From contig CM119271.1 in assembly GCA_051294375.1 (NCBI GenBank), forward strand, positions 7,554,162-7,618,161: 64,000 nucleotides of DNA. Reading direction: 5' to 3'. The position numbers and the translations under genes were made by a program. Below are positions 63,224 through 64,000 of this stretch, in pieces (the stretch's first letter is position 1; each line of letters starts with the position of its first letter). A model generated the notes under the pieces. It made no database searches. It saw nothing but the letters and a program-made list of their open reading frames with translations, and had not been told where the DNA came from. Origin of the DNA: Paraspadella gotoi. Its lineage: Eukaryota; Animalia; Chaetognatha.

Positions 63224-64000
63224 ATGAATTTATCTAGGTAACGGAACTAATTAATTTCTTTTACTCTCGCAAGCTTTGGCTTCATTTTAGGTCTATAACT
63301 TAACAATTTCCTTTTCCTGCAGCGACCCGTCTCCCTCGGAGGATTTGGTTTGGGCCACGGCCTATTGCGGGCCGGTGGTTCCTCTGTGGAATGCGAGCTC
63401 CACGATGAGGTCGTCTTCGCCCAACCTGACTGACTGTTTTCAGAGAGCCGTTCTGGTCCCGATTCCTTGCCTCTTCTTTTTCCTCGTCCTTCCTTTCCAC
63501 GTGGTCGTCATCCGACGCAAAAATCGAGGCTACATACCCGTCGCTCTTCTCAACGCATTTAAAATGGTCGCCTTGGCATTGATGCTGCTGATGATACTGA
63601 TGGATTTTGGCATCTTGTTGTATCTACAGTACGGGCTGGATCTGTTTTTTCCTCCCGATCACTTCGCGACACCGGCGTATCTTTATCTCACGTTGTGCTT
63701 CGCGGGTGAGTCGGTGCATGGGTTATTTGGGCGATTTGATGACAACAACGACAACAACAACCTTAACGACTCTTGAACTTACCTAAATCGTGACCTACGA
63801 CTTAAGTTCAAAAAGTTAACCGACCACTTGATTCGTTTTGACTCTCATTGTTAATTGGGTTATGAGATTTACTAAAAGCAAGTTTTGTCTTTAATTAAAA
63901 AAAAATAATTATAAGCATTTATTAAAAATATCGAATTGCTCTAATTCTTAGGATGGTTGATGTACTACGAAAGACAGAAAGGATGTCAATCATCGGGATG
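63224..64000 (+). CDS. ABCC/MRP1-type ABC transporter, N-terminal TMD0 (3' partial)
   Basis: Spliced MNLSSDPSPSEDLVWATAYCG..LWN...PNLTDCFQRAVLVPIPCLFFF...RGYIP..LN..K...YERQKGCQSSG matches the recalled MRP1 TMD0 pattern (PDFTKCFQNTVL, ERRKGVQSSG). Confidence 0.85.

Overview
Compact, gene-dense animal (invertebrate) genomic DNA with short AT-rich spliceosomal introns and mostly GC/CpG-rich exons. I can reconstruct 16 protein-coding genes, all on the + strand: protogenin-like receptor (5' partial), NOP58, an intronless orphan with PP1-docking motifs, KCMF1, TOP1, RALGAPA, AP-1/AP-2 beta-adaptin, PINX1, RPS15A, LRRCC1, PHF10, KLHDC3, MIF-like, ataxin-7-like, UVRAG-like and an ABCC/MRP transporter (3' partial). 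Stop-to-start gaps are as short as 101, 151 and 183 nt, often T-rich and ending in an apparently unpaired 3' splice acceptor. This suggests polycistronic operons resolved by spliced-leader trans-splicing, which is an inference because no SL RNA is visible here. Recognisable mobile DNA is confined to four long introns and is often nested: a tRNA-Gly-derived SINE, a complete Helentron-type HINE, a hAT-like MITE inserted into an inverted copy of itself, and a 1.5-kb TIR element. One ~125-bp repeat family recurs at three of these sites. Gene identities come from recalled protein motifs and hand-spliced reading frames, not database searches, so exon coordinates may be off by a few bases.
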